Made by a program: the position numbers and the translations under genes. Shown in pieces: positions 51,946-64,000 of a stretch of DNA of 64,000 nucleotides (positions within the stretch are counted from its first letter, which is position 1; the number at the start of each line of letters is the position of its first letter). Source of the stretch: Magallana gigas. Taxonomy: Eukaryota. The notes under the pieces were generated by a model that was not told the DNA's origin, searched no databases, and saw nothing but the letters and a program-made list of their open reading frames with translations. The DNA lies in the NCBI RefSeq assembly GCF_963853765.1, contig NC_088855.1, positions 33,418,001-33,482,000 of the forward strand, given 5' to 3'.

Positions 51946-53003
51946 TTATCCTTAGGCAAAAGTGATTCAAAGTTGTGAAAATTAAGGGCCACACAATTTT
52001 GAGAAATTTTCAAAAATCTTCTTCTCAAGAACCATAAAGCCAGGAATGCTGAAACTTGTGTGGAAGCATCCTAAGGTAGTGTAGATTCAAAGTTCCCCGG
52101 GGGTAGGGTGGGGCCATAATGGGGGTCAAAGTTTGACATAGGAATATATAGAGTAAATCTTTAAAAATCTTCTTTTAAAAAACTAATCAGCCAGGAAAGC
52201 TGAAACTTGTGTGGAAGCATCCTCAGGTAGTGTAGATTCAAAGTTGTGAAAATCATGATCCCTGTGGGTAGGGTAGGGCACAATGGAGGGTCGAAGTTTT
52301 ACATAGGAATATATAGAGTAAATCTTTAAAAATCTTCTTCCCAGAAACTAATCAGCTAGGAAAGCTGAAACTTGTGTGGAAGCATCCTCAGGTAGTGTAG
52401 ATTCAAAGTTGTGAAAATCATGATCCCCGGGGGTAGGGTGGGGCCATAATGGGGGTCAAAGTTTGACATAGGAATATATTGAGTAAATATTGAAAATTCT
52501 TCATATCAGAAACTAATCAGCCAGGAAAGCTGAAACTTGTGTGGAAGTATCCTCAGGTAGTGTAGATTCAAAGTTGTGAAAATCATGATCCCTGTGGGTA
52601 GGGTGGGGCCACATTGGGTGTTAAAAGTTTTACATAGGAATATATAGAGTATATCTTTAAAAATCTTCTTCTCAGAAACTAATCAGCCAGATGATTCTTT
52701 ATAATTGTTAAGACTTTGGCTCCAGGACAATTCTTTGGCTTCACAAGAAGGTTCAGAGTTTGATGTAGCTTAATATCCCATATATAAACAATTGTTAAGG
52801 ATCTTTTTGAGAACTGCAATACTCAACATGTGATATGACTTTAAAATCATCCTGTTAGAAAAGGGACTAATGATGATAAACATAAGAATATCCAGGGGGG
52901 GAAAATGGATTTTATTTATACAGGATCTACATGTATTATTGTACATTGTCCAGATTGTTTGTATTATGACTCCATTAAGCTGATTTCATCATACCTATTG
53001 TTC

Positions 53004-53040
<37 letters not shown>

Positions 53041-53728
53041 GTAACCGTATTGTCTCTCTACATGTGTCCTTCTCTTTGTATCAGGATTACTAACTGCCAC
53101 TGTGTCATCTGAAGTGTTCAAGGCGGCCCAGCCAGCCCTGCTGTACCTGGTCCCCTTCACTCTCCTTCCTCTACTCACCATGGCATATCTCAAGGTAATC
53201 TCACCACTTCCCATATGGATATCAATAGAACAATTTATCTGTAATAATTCTCCAGCATAACACCAAAATTGTGTAGATTTTATTGGGATCTTACCGTTTC
53301 TTGTATGGATACCACTAGAGAATGGGTTCTACAGCAAAGCACCAAAAATTGTGTAGAAATTACTGGAATCTTTAACATGTATTTACTGCTATGGTTTTTA
53401 ATGGCTTTTCACTAGCCAATAAGTTCAAAAGCTAAAACAGGTGTTTGTTATGGTGTTACATATTTTTGTTTTATTTTCTGGCTTATTTAATGAATGAGAA
53501 TGCTTTGATATGTTTCAAAATTCTGTCTTTGGTTTCAAGTTGTATGAGTGCAAATTAAGGAATGCCTCAATCTCTTGAGTTTCGTTCCGTAGTAACTTAG
53601 TCTTTTTTCTTCTCTAACCTTGAGTGTAGTAGTAAACCTTTGATTTGTGATATTTGTAGGGAGATTTAAGAAGAATGTGGAGTGAACCATTCATTGTTCA
53701 ACCTGCACCAAAGAATCTGGATGTGTAG
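39006..53728 (+). CDS. SPPL3: Signal peptide peptidase-like 3 (GxGD intramembrane aspartyl protease)
   Basis: 13 coding exons: 39006-39073, 39699-39776, 40970-41046, 44949-45068, 45890-45968, 46505-46617, 48756-48862, 49933-50004, 50925-51013, 51143-51188, 51449-51599, 53085-53194 and 53660-53728. All are GT-AG with consistent phases. Motifs LVYDVFW (YD), [13 protein letters not shown], and C-terminus [11 protein letters not shown]. The first ATG is less certain. AATAAA at ~54937. Confidence 0.96.
46253..46348. repeat. Perfect 48-bp tandem duplication in SPPL3 intron 5
   Basis: GTAATGAGATAACAAAAATAAATTTGATGCCATTGTACAGATAACGGT x2. Confidence 0.95.
46760..48593. mobile_element. 1.83-kb non-autonomous TA-flanked TIR transposon (Tc1/mariner-like TSD) with subterminal 21-bp arrays, in SPPL3 intron 6
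   Basis: Perfect 27-bp TIR CAGACCCTGAAACGTACTACTACACCA at 46762-46788, with its reverse complement at 48565-48591 and TA on both sides. GCGTTTCGTGTAAACCGTTTA-type repeats at ~46795-46980 and ~48385-48563. No transposase ORF seen. Confidence 0.88.
51794..53039 (+). mobile_element. HINE/Helentron element carrying about four Cg170-like (~166 bp) satellite monomers, in SPPL3 intron 11
   Basis: 5' TTTTTAGCTCACCTGAG; (GTCC/GTCT)n microsatellite; monomers with AAATCTTTAAAAATCTTC at ~52155, ~52320, ~52485 and ~52651; 3' CTCAGGTGAGCGA (subterminal IR), GGCCCATGGGCC palindrome and CTTGTT end. Confidence 0.9.
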
Positions 53729-55834
53729 TTACAATTCAAGTGTGATGGGAGATAACTCTCATATACAACTTGCCCCAAAACAGTAGAGGATTGTAGTGCA
53801 TGTAACATTTTGAATGTGGCAAATTCCAAATGAAGGATTGTAGATGCAGTCGAGTTCAGCAGATTTTAGTGCAATGTGTCAAAGTGATGTGATCCATGAC
53901 ATTTTTTAATTACACATTTTCTTAGAATTAAGTTTTGCATTGGCCAGTGACATTATGGTAAAGATTTAAGGCAAGCATTTCACAACAAGCCAACATGGTT
54001 GCGCAGGAAAACTTACTTGTAATTAATATCATGTGCATTATGATGTTTTATGAATGCCAAAAAGGATTTAATCATTTAGTATTTCCAAGATTTGTTTCCA
54101 TTTATTAGGAGATATTTTCAGCATTAATCAATATAGAGCATCACATTTTTTTTTTTTTCAGAAAAAATTGAGGTAGATATAAAATGTGTGTAAATGTGAG
54201 GAACTGCAGAATATGAATGTATAAATCATGAGTGTTTTATCCTGTACTACACAGACATTTGCCATGTGTATTCATAGAAAAAGTAATTTCACTTACATTT
54301 TCCTTATACATGTATAAGAATTAAACAATGAGATCTTTGATGCTTAAATTTCGGTATCTTTTTTTTTTTGGTAATTTTCCTGTACCGGTACATTCAAATA
54401 TGGAAATTTTTCTTCGGGATTAATATGCTAAATTTGGGTGTATTTCATTTAAATGAAATTTTACATGGTAATCCATCCTAGCATTAATATTATTGCAGAT
54501 GTTTCAATGCTTTACCTACAACCATTTCATAGAATTAAGAGATGAAAGCAATGTTTTTATATTTTTTTTAAGTTTTTGCATTTCTTGAGATGTAACAGTT
54601 AACCTGACCCACCCAGCCTTCTCGCCATATGAATGGGATAGCAGAAGACCAGTCTATGGAATTAATCTTCATCCCATACCTGCTATGTAGCAGGAACCCA
54701 GACCCCATTACTAAAAAAAACATTTTTTTATAGTGCTTTTGCTGCACTTATGGTTATTGAAGAAATAGGATTTTTTACATCATGCTTTAAGTCCATAGAC
54801 AGAAGAATATCATTGATTTTTTTTATTTTTTAGAATTTTTATATTAAAATGGTTGATGGTGAATTGAATATGTTACTATGTAACATGATGAAAAAAATGT
54901 TTGCTTTATTCATATTTGTGATCATAATAGATATTGAATAAATGTTGTATAAATATTGCTTATTGTATTTCATTTCAAACCTCCCAAGATCAGAGCATGG
55001 ACTATGTCATTATGTCATGATGAAATGTTTTTTAAAGATTTACACTTTAGAATTGCCATGCATATAGTGGTTGGACATTGAAATAGTAGTGGGATGAACC
55101 TGGTAATTTTTAAATTAAAAAATCAAGGTCATCAGATTGTCATGATATTCAAAATTGATCGTCATAACCTTTGACCTTTTAACCCCCAAATTCGTTCAAC
55201 TACCTTTTGACCTGAAAATTAAAAGGGTTTGTATCTTCTAATGATAGTTATAGACAACCTCTGTTGTGAAAAAACAAACACCATGTACAAGTATGTCTTT
55301 GGGGACATGTTTTATATACATGTTAATTTTTATTTCTATTCCGCACATGGTATTTTTTAGACTATAGTACATAGACACAATTTCGTCATGTGGACTGTAA
55401 TGTAACAAGACTAATGCCACTCAGACCCTGGTGAGTATGAGAGAGAATAGGATTTACAATTCATACAGGTCTAAATGTTGCTCAACATTCCATTAAACCT
55501 GAGTGACACCTGGAGACTTAATCAGAGTATGCCCTTCATACCTATGACAAAACTGACAGGCTGCCCTAATATTGTTGAACTCATGAAAGAGAGTCAAAGA
55601 TACTGTTTTGCAAACAACTTTATGTTTTTCATTTCAACAGGACATTGCTTTAATGGTATAAAGCACATCATTGATTCTATACACATCTTTTTTTTATAAA
55701 AGAGAGAAATGGACTTTTTTTTTTTAAACAAAGCAAAATTTTTGTAACTTGTTTCTTCGTGATGTACATGCAACAGTTAAGCCGTTCATAAGTACACATA
55801 AGTTCAAATGTTAGGTTTTCTTGTAGACATGAAT

Positions 55835-58800
55835 TTATTTCTTGACATTTACCCGCAAGTTTAAATTAACATTATATTTAAATAGATTTCTTAATTCTGC
55901 TCTTGCTGTTTCTACAATGGTGGGTACTTTCTTTACAACCTCAGCCTGAAAAATAACAGAAAAAGATCAAATTACAATCTGATTGCCAAAGAAAGAGGAG
56001 ATGAATATGTTCCTGGCATTCTGAACATGTTACATATATACATGATCAAAATGAAATAAACTGAAGCCCTTTACCTGTATAAACTTATTTGGACATTTAA
56101 TCTCCATGGAAATATCTAATTGGTCAAAATTTTGATCCCATTCCCAATTATTGATTTTCTGCAAAAAGAGAAGGTTACATGTACTGATAGAATAAAAGTG
56201 ATAGTATCATGAGGCAAGGTGAAAATCAGGTAAAAACAAATCAAATCAAACCCTTGACAGATTTAGCCAACAAAATCAAAACTTGTGCAACAGAATCTGA
56301 TTGGCTGCGAAGCAAGGCGATCACAGGGAATCTACTAGTTGGTGGTTTAGTTCGTTGTGTTTTCAAACAAAATTTAAATACAGGTACTATAATTGTTAAA
56401 ATTTTTTTACATTATTAATTAATTACATATGTTTTATATAATTACAAATACATGGGTTATTAAAATCATTCTAGTTTTTTTCTTTTTTTCATGACCATTT
56501 CTTCCAAATATTTCTTAGAGAAATATGTATTTTAGCTGCTTTAATTTAACTCAATCACTAGATGGCTGTGCTATTTCTTAAAACATTGGCTAAATCTGAA
56601 AATCTGCCAAGGATTGTAGAGCAGAGTGGATTGTAAACCCTTGGCTGGCGAAGATGACTCACTGGGTGCAACTCGTAGACGGGAAATTCGACATAGTCCA
56701 TCATTTTCTCCCAGACGATGTTTTCTGCTAGTTTATAAGGTGATTCACTGGTTATTATAGAGCTGTGGTACTCCCAATCCCCAGGTTTGGCACAGGATAA
56801 TATGTAGTCCTAAAATACAAATGTAGAAGCAATGAAAGTGAAGAAATTTCTCTGCTAATGAAGACATGCAAATGGTAACAAGTCACAAAAGTGTCAAAAA
56901 AGAAATGAATCAAGGTCTGCTAGGGCCATAGGGCATGTTTCACAGCTGAAATTGTTTGAAACTCCAGAACAGCTGTAGGGAGGCTATAGTGTTCAAATGT
57001 TTAATGATGACTTAGTTATTTTTTCAGATTACCATTGAGAGTTATCTCTCCTAGGATAAGTTAATGTAACCTTAACATTAAATAATTTTCATGTTGGCCT
57101 ACCACTTTTATATTATAATTTATAAACTAAATTAAACAACATACATGTACATGTACAAATAACAACTACAAATTGCAGTTTGAGAAAATAATGAACAACA
57201 ACACTATGAAACAGTCAAGCTTTTAAGCCAAAGTTTACAAAATACATACTCTCAAGTCATCCACATTGTCGTCCTTCAGTGCCGAGACAATGAAGACTTC
57301 CTGGAAATTCGACCACCCAGTCGTGTTGATGGCCGACTCTGGACAATTTTCTAGCTTCTTCACAAAACTCTGCCACTCCTCATCAGATGACAGCTCTTCA
57401 GTCCCCTCCCCCTCATGCTCTGTCCTTCTAACATCATTCGTCCCCTCAGATTCAATGTGACCTTGACCTTCGTTAGCGGCCCCTTCTTTGGATGCTTTGT
57501 ATTTCTCTATTACAGAGTCAATATATTTTTGCTGTTGTTTTTCTTTCGTCAAGTGGTGTGTTTTCCTGTTGGTAAGGATTGGAATTGGTTGACTTTCTAA
57601 TTGTTTGTTGGTGAGAGAGGCTATAGTGTTCAGCAAACCTCTCTTGTTCATTACTCCATCCATCTAAAAATTACAAACATCGATCAATTAACATGTTTGT
57701 TTATCATTAAATTCAAGACTATTGTTTTATCAATATTTATGAGCATCTATTTTTGACGCTATGGAAAAATTCAAATTTTGAAGAAACATAAATTTGCATA
57801 CAATGACTTTACCAATTAAAAATTATATGTCAAGTTTCTTTCTTTGTACAATATTTGCATGACTTCATAGATGGGCCTAACTATGAAATCCCAGAAATGA
57901 TAATGACTTCATTAAAATACATTAATACACCCGAAACTTCACTGGTCTTCATAAATGTATTGTATACATGCATGTACAAGTACCTTATTCAAAATCAAAA
58001 TGGATGGGGTGTTTCTATGGAGATGGAGGATCTTTGTCACTGTTTTACTCAAGGTGTTTCTCCGGAACTTGTCTTTTGCATCCACCACAACTCCTACTGG
58101 AGAATAAGCAAACATAAAATTTAACTAATGATTATGTGCCTTAGTAAAAGAAAACATCAAGTTATTTGAGAAATTGAACACAATTGGTATTTGTGAAGAT
58201 CTTAAGTCATTCCATATGCGGGTCCAGAATTTCTTCCCAGAGGGGTCTGAGGACTATTTTTGGTCACTCTAATATAATGTGAATTTAAAAAGTTTAATTT
58301 TCCAGGGGAGAAGCCTCTAGTTCCAGGCATGCATTTTCAGAGTAGCATAATCAATTTTCTAAATGACACACATTTTTCAATTTCATTATTGTTAACTTTT
58401 AACCTACAGGTAAATACCTTGACCAAATCAAATGCGATAATTTTTTTCAACTTTCTATACATGAATGCATGTACATGTACATGTATTTACATCTACCGAG
58501 TATGATTCTCTCTACAGATGGTATTTCTTAACAGAAACTTTTGTCAATTCATAGCTCAATGTTGAAAGAAAGATGTAAATATAAACAATAAAATGCTTTC
58601 TTTGATGATTCATACGGGTTATGATGGTAGTGATCACTGCAGAAAAAAATTACGTAACCCGCTAACGCAGGTTTTTTTTTTTTTCTTCAATGTCGCTACC
58701 TTCATATCCTGCATTAATAACCAAAGAAAGTATTTTATTGTTTAATTAATTACATGTACAAAAGTTGAAGAACACATGGTCCACATTTAATATTGTAGGA

Positions 58801-61800
58801 CAACATTTCAAAAAAGAAATACTGTTTTAGCTATATAGTGAACCTTTTCCACAGAATTTATGAACTATTGTATACATTTTTACGGGCCGCCAGGAGGCGG
58901 TCTGTTATTTGATACACATTTAAATATTGTAACTGCGTTTCTGTGGGATAGCTTTTTTTTAATGAATTAATATAATGCTCATTTTTATCAATTAAAAGTA
59001 AATTTACGTGTAGAAATATGTTTTATGCCTTCTAAAAATATTAAATTTTTTGTTTTGCTCGTACATGAAAAGTTGGTCAAAGACTGTCGTGTTAGATGCA
59101 TTTTTATCGAGACTATAATATATTCGGAAAATTTCGGAGATTTTTCATTGTATCGGGATCGGTATACAGGACATACTAAAGACCTGAATGACATGAACTT
59201 TTATATAAATGATGTATTTGAATTTCTATGTGCTGCATCAAATAAAATGACTTTTAGTGTGAATGTATACTGCCATATGCTTTTTGTTAGAAAATTATCA
59301 TGAAATGACATCCATATCATTTTTTACGCAAACATTTGAAAGGACTGAAAATGTATATGGACCTGAAAATTTAAGCTAACCTGATTTATTTTTAATTCTT
59401 TTGAAATAACAATGATTATCTTCATAAACTGTAAGATTTATAATTCCATTTAGGAAAAAAAATTATCGAACTCTATTCTTAATAATGATAGTAAAATGTT
59501 AAAATTCAAAACGAGTTGCTGAAAATATAGTAATTAAAATTAAAATCCACCATTAAAATTAGTTTAACCAATTCATTATTTTCTTTGATGTGTTTTTTTT
59601 TATGTAAACATCCAATGATGATTCATACAACAATTAATTATATTTTTGCAGCCCATTTGACGCTTGCGTCAATATGATTTCTTGTTTAAAATTTAGTACA
59701 GTGTGTACACATATATTAAAGGTAATACATACACAGGTCAACTTCACTGGCAGCCTTTTCAGGGTCCACTGCAACTGTGGATGGGACGCGGTGCCTGAAA
59801 AGGACACATCACATAAATACATACAGAAAGAAATTCTTATTAGTTTGAATGAATTATTGCAGAAAATATCCTCTTAACTGCCTTGAACATGCAAACTTAG
59901 CACACATGTAGTTCTACCATTAACAATCACATTTATTTCAAACTCGCCCCGATGATATGCACATGTATTATTATGATTATTTTTGTTGGACAGTTAATAA
60001 GATTTACCTTGCCTTTGCTTCAGGTGCTAGAATCCCTGGAGTGTCCACAAATGTCTATAAAAATATTATAAACATATCACTTTATTTCACTGAAATTCAA
60101 AAATATCTGTATGACCTTTATATTTGACCTAGAAACATTGTTCAAGATCACTGTTAACCTTTTATCCAAAAGGCACTCTATATGAAAAGTATGAGCCATA
60201 TAAGGTTAAGAGGAGAGAACATGGTCAAAACCAGGTTTTTTTCTCAGGGCTGTTAAGACCTTGACCTTTGATCTAGAAACTTGGTTCAAGGAAAATGCAC
60301 ACAATCTACCTAAAGGCACTCTGTAGGTTAAGTATGGGCCAGAATATGCTAAAGAAAAAGAAAATATACTCCAGCAAAGTACCGGTAATGTCATACAAAC
60401 AAACAGATCAACAATTCCAAGGCAATATATAGAAATTAGTTTGGCATTACATATATCCAGGTGCATAGAATTGGATATACACAATACTGATCATGTATAG
60501 GAGATTTTATGTGGCACTGGTGATCTTACTATCTGGCTTTCATCCTGTGTCAGGATTAACAGAGTGTTTTTCCTTGTGGTATTGGCCTTTCTTGAGACTG
60601 GGAGGATCTGAAAATAATGACAAAAAGTTCTGGCTTGTTTACTTGAATTTAATGTAAAAAAACAGTTCCAACCTTAAGTATATCTACTTATAAACCATAT
60701 CGAAACCGAAATGAATGTTAAATATACAATTAGTTATGTCAAGTACATATTAATTCACAAATGATTTATTACAAAACCTACATGTTTGTCTAACATATAC
60801 CTGGGGTAGATAACTTTCAAATAAAAACAAACAGAGGGAAGTCATATTTTCCACTGAGTGTTTATTACCCAAGCATCCATTAATCATGGCTTTTCCTTGA
60901 TTTACCTTGTGCTGTAAAAGTCTGTTGATGAGAGTTGATTTGCCTACATTTGGATCACCGATGATTGCCACTCGCAGAGTTTTGGCGTTGTGTGGTTGAT
61001 TTGGTTCCAATGTTACCTTCATGAGTTGTTCCTCTATAGGTTAAAAGAAAAAAATTATACATTAATTGCATAAAAAATAGGAAGATTTCTCCTAAAATTC
61101 TCCTTAGAAATATGTTTTTTTTGTCAGTAAATCTCCATCTAGCATGAATATTCATGCAGTAAATTGTTCATCATCGAAACAAGACATATAGCTATACTGT
61201 GGACTATGTTGCATGCTATGTTCTTACATTTGACCAAATTTTCAATATGTAGTATTCTTAAGACAATCTCATTTAAATTTGCAGCAAATTTTCCAAGCAA
61301 ACTTATAACAGTTTTACATTAAAAATGAAATGACTAATACTTTTATTGACAATTTTTTTTACATGGGGCAGGTGAAAAAACAAATAATTTTAACACTTTT
61401 ATTATAGGCAAGTGAAACATAATGCCGTCAACTAAGAATCTTGGTTGACAAAGTTACCACATATCGGCACATTTGTAAGAATATTCATGTACATACCAGG
61501 TGTGAAACAAACCCTTCTCTCATCTGGGTGAAAGTTTGGGAAGTTCGATGTATATTTGTTGTACTCTTCTCTCTTATGTCTTGTACCAAACAATCTGACA
61601 TTACACTTTTGGTAAAGGAGAATTCTTTTAACATGACTCCAAGATAGCTCTTAAAGAAAAGATTAGGTTTTTTACCAGTCATTCAAAAATATCATGTATA
61701 TATGTATCAGAACTAATTTAGTTTACTGTATTCTTTCAAATCTGACGTTAAGATAAACTGTCATTGACAGTAGCATTACAGCTTGGTCTTGAAAGTTACC

Positions 61801-62069
61801 AGAAAGCAAGTCTTGCCATTAAAAAGTGCCTGCAAGCAAGACTAACGCTATGCAAGGCTGAAGTTTCATGTAAGATTGAATATTCGGGTCCTACATAATT
61901 TTGCAATGGGAATGAGATTGTCAAAGCCAAATTCTTTATGTCACTATCTGAATACCACTTCCAAGATTTCATAAATGAACTAAATATATTGTGAGACGCG
62001 TCATTAAAGAAAAATTGACTTACCTTGATTCAATTTCACTAAAAACCTGATTGACATGGGCGCGGCCAT
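55835..62069 (-). CDS. ERAL1: GTPase Era, mitochondrial
   Basis: 11 exons: 62069..62024, 61649..61497, 61033..60906, 60607..60530, 60054..60008, 59794..59733, 58096..57984, 57663..57250, 56809..56663, 56158..56075 and 55945..55835, giving 460 aa with consistent phases. G1 GDPNVGKS, G2 VSRKANTTR, G3 DTPG, G4 NKMD, G5 VSAL; WEYHSSIIT; N-terminus resembles a mitochondrial presequence (MAAPMSIRFL). Confidence 0.93.
58606..58716. mobile_element. Degenerate foldback MITE in an ERAL1 intron
   Basis: ATACGGGTTATGATGGTAGTGATC..GAAAAAAA pairs imperfectly with TTTTTTC..TGTCGCTACCTTCATATCCTG. Confidence 0.45.
60108..60350. repeat. Two diverged ~150-bp tandem monomers (HINE-type satellite relic) in an ERAL1 intron
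   Basis: Repeated TGACCTT..T.TAGAAAC.T.GTTCAAG..AAAGGCACTCT.TA.G..AAGTATG.GCCA. Confidence 0.55.
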
Positions 62070-63304
62070 TTTTAAAATAAGGTTAACTCGTTCATAAATT
62101 GCTCATATCTCGTATTTTGAGCCCGATGCAAAATAAATTCTAGAAAAGATTCATGAAACATCATTTATTATAAACAAATACTACTTTTCACATAGAAACT
62201 TTCAAAACCAAAATTTGTAGCAAAACTTGTAAGAATGAATTATATTCATGCCCTTGGATTTGGATGCAGCATTTATAAAATTTAACACAGGGTACATAAC
62301 ATTTGCGCACATGATATGTAAGCTTATTCATAAATAAATATGCCCATCCAAATAAAGGGTTTGTTTCGTAATCTTTATCTACTATATTTCACCCCTTCAA
62401 AAAAGTGAAAAAAATAATAATTTTTGATGTTCAATTTATACTGTCAAGGATAGAGTCATTCTTTCACGTTTATGTGTATTGTAAACTCACTCCAAACCAA
62501 ACTGGTAAAGCCACTTATAGATAACAATGAGGAATTTTTAGAACTTGTTTTCGAATCCTTTTGTCAATCATTATATCCTGTTATTGTTCTTGCGGTATTT
62601 GCTTCTTTTGAAATTTAAAAAAATACTAGCCATCAAAATAAATTCCATGCAATTGCAATGCCTTTTTTTAATCTAACATTTTCGCCAATCGATCTAGTGT
62701 CCGATTCGTTATATCTCCCCTTTGGGGGGGGGGGGGGGTATCAGAATAATGAATCGGACACTTGGATAGCAAATATGTCATTTTTAGGGTTGTAAACAAT
62801 TTGAAAATAATTATAAGAGAAGTTATCATGTTTAGAAGAAGAAGGAAAGAGGGTATGATCAATTATCTATATTGAATTATCTAGAATTGGCTAACACGGA
62901 GGGTTTACATGTTTATTGGTGATTCTGTGCGACGGTCAGTGAAACATTTTCATATATGAAAAATAAAATGAAAGGATCGCAACAGCTGGATTTTCCTACA
63001 TCTTGGTTTCATTTTATTATTATTTTTGTCCTTTAAATGCATCTATATCTTTTTCTATTTGAATAAGTACATTCGAAAATATGACATTCAAAACAGTTTA
63101 GAACTGAGAGTAATGGTTCCATTCAGGCATGGGTGCAATCGGAACATCGCTCGGCTTTTTCCGTCAGGTTTTTTCTCGACTTACGTGACGGAAGCAATGT
63201 TCCGATTGGCATGGATGTTAATCCTTAGCGTAGTATCTAACTTGGTCATTGAGTATCAGACAAATAAAAACATTGAATTGAAAACAAAGAAATAAAAGGT
63301 ATAC

Positions 63305-63427
63305 TTGCCCCCCCCCCCCCGGATATGGAATTTCAGGATTTTGGAAAGTACCTTTTTTTTTGGCTTGCCAAGATTTTATGGTTGAGTCTGCCCCCACCCT
63401 CACTTTCAAAAACGATGCTACGTGCCT
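63305..63427 (-). mobile_element. Partial copy of the MITE family seen at 9745-10002
   Basis: The reverse complement reads CAGGCACGTAGCATCGTTTTTGAAAGTG..GGGGCAGACTCA.CC..AAAATCTTG.CAAGC. Confidence 0.7.
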
Positions 63428-63739
63428 GGCATATTTTTTCTTTGATACAGCATTTTTCTGCGAAAAACACTAAAGCAAAAACATTGTCAATTAGTGATGG
63501 TTCCAGATTGCATGCGTTCCAAAATTTACTTTCTTCTTTGAATAAATCTAGATGGAGGTTTTTTGTTTTTTTAGATATCCTTAAATCACACGAAAAGGCT
63601 ACACACCATATGAACTTGCGCCAAAAGATGTTATAAGAAGACAAACGCCATAAAAAGCGAGGGCAAAGGGTTTATTCATTGCAAAGGCCATAAAATGATA
63701 ACGGAGATAAGTTTTTCCGCTTGATTTAGAAAGGAAGTA

Positions 63740-63990
63740 GAGGGATGCTATAAGTCACGTGATTGAAGGAGTTGCTTTGGCGCCATTTTTCACTTCCCTG
63801 TCGTCTAGACAAAAGTAACAATTGCTCTGTCATGCGGTACGGGACAATCTGTTCACATTACGTAGATAAAAATTCTATCTCTGAATATCGATGCTTCTTT
63901 AATTGCACCAAATGGTAGAGGATTGATTTCTGTTCAGATTCCAATTGAAGTTTGACATTCGGTAAGCCGAGACGAGACCAAAATGGCGCT
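63740..63990. promoter_or_regulatory. Putative housekeeping-type promoter
   Basis: GTCACGTGA E-box at ~63755; minus-strand GGAAGTGAAAAATGGCG (ETS plus YY1-like) at ~63780-63797; YY1-like AAAATGGCG at ~63980. Motif inference only. Confidence 0.4.
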
Positions 63991-64000
63991 GGCTCGCCAG
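63983..64000 (+). CDS. Possible first coding exon of a downstream gene (MALARQ...), truncated by the window edge
   Basis: ATG in the same AAAATGGCG context as the other housekeeping starts, but only 6 codons are visible. Confidence 0.3.

Noticed and set aside
57250-57663. Acidic low-complexity insertion between G4 and G5 of ERAL1 as a novelty
   Set aside because: Animal mitochondrial ERAL1 proteins are known to have a variable insertion at this position.
63745-63788. Minus-strand ATG in strong context (MAPKQLLQSRDL*)
   Set aside because: It stops after 12 codons with no donor site; better explained as a YY1-like promoter motif.

Overview
Eukaryotic, AT-rich, intron-containing DNA, most likely from an ostreid oyster (Crassostrea/Magallana-like). 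This is inferred from Cg170-type satellite monomers inside Helentron/HINE elements and mollusc-type gene families. I reconstructed seven spliced genes by hand from splice sites and reading frames: a RING-B-box-coiled-coil-propeller TRIM (-, runs off the left edge), a BTB-BACK-PHR gene (-), UBE2L3 (+), Derlin-2 (-), SUDS3 (+), SPPL3 (+) and ERAL1 (-). A possible further gene starts at the right edge. No prokaryotic features or CRISPR arrays are present. Main observations: (1) two ~370-bp miniature LTR retroelements carrying tRNA-like cassettes in their LTRs (Helenus/Cassandra-like), one complete with a 4-bp TSD, tRNA-His-type PBS and PPT; (2) two families of ~330-bp TTAA-flanked TIR elements that also carry an internal tRNA-like A/B-box cassette; (3) minor-spliceosome introns in both genes of the head-to-head DERL2/SUDS3 pair (AT-AC in SUDS3; GT-AG with a competing in-frame U2 donor in DERL2); (4) an ERAL1 whose KH domain appears to lack the GxxG RNA-binding loop; (5) a 1.83-kb TA-flanked TIR element whose two subterminal 21-bp arrays run in the same direction. 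All calls come from reading the sequence by eye, with no database search.
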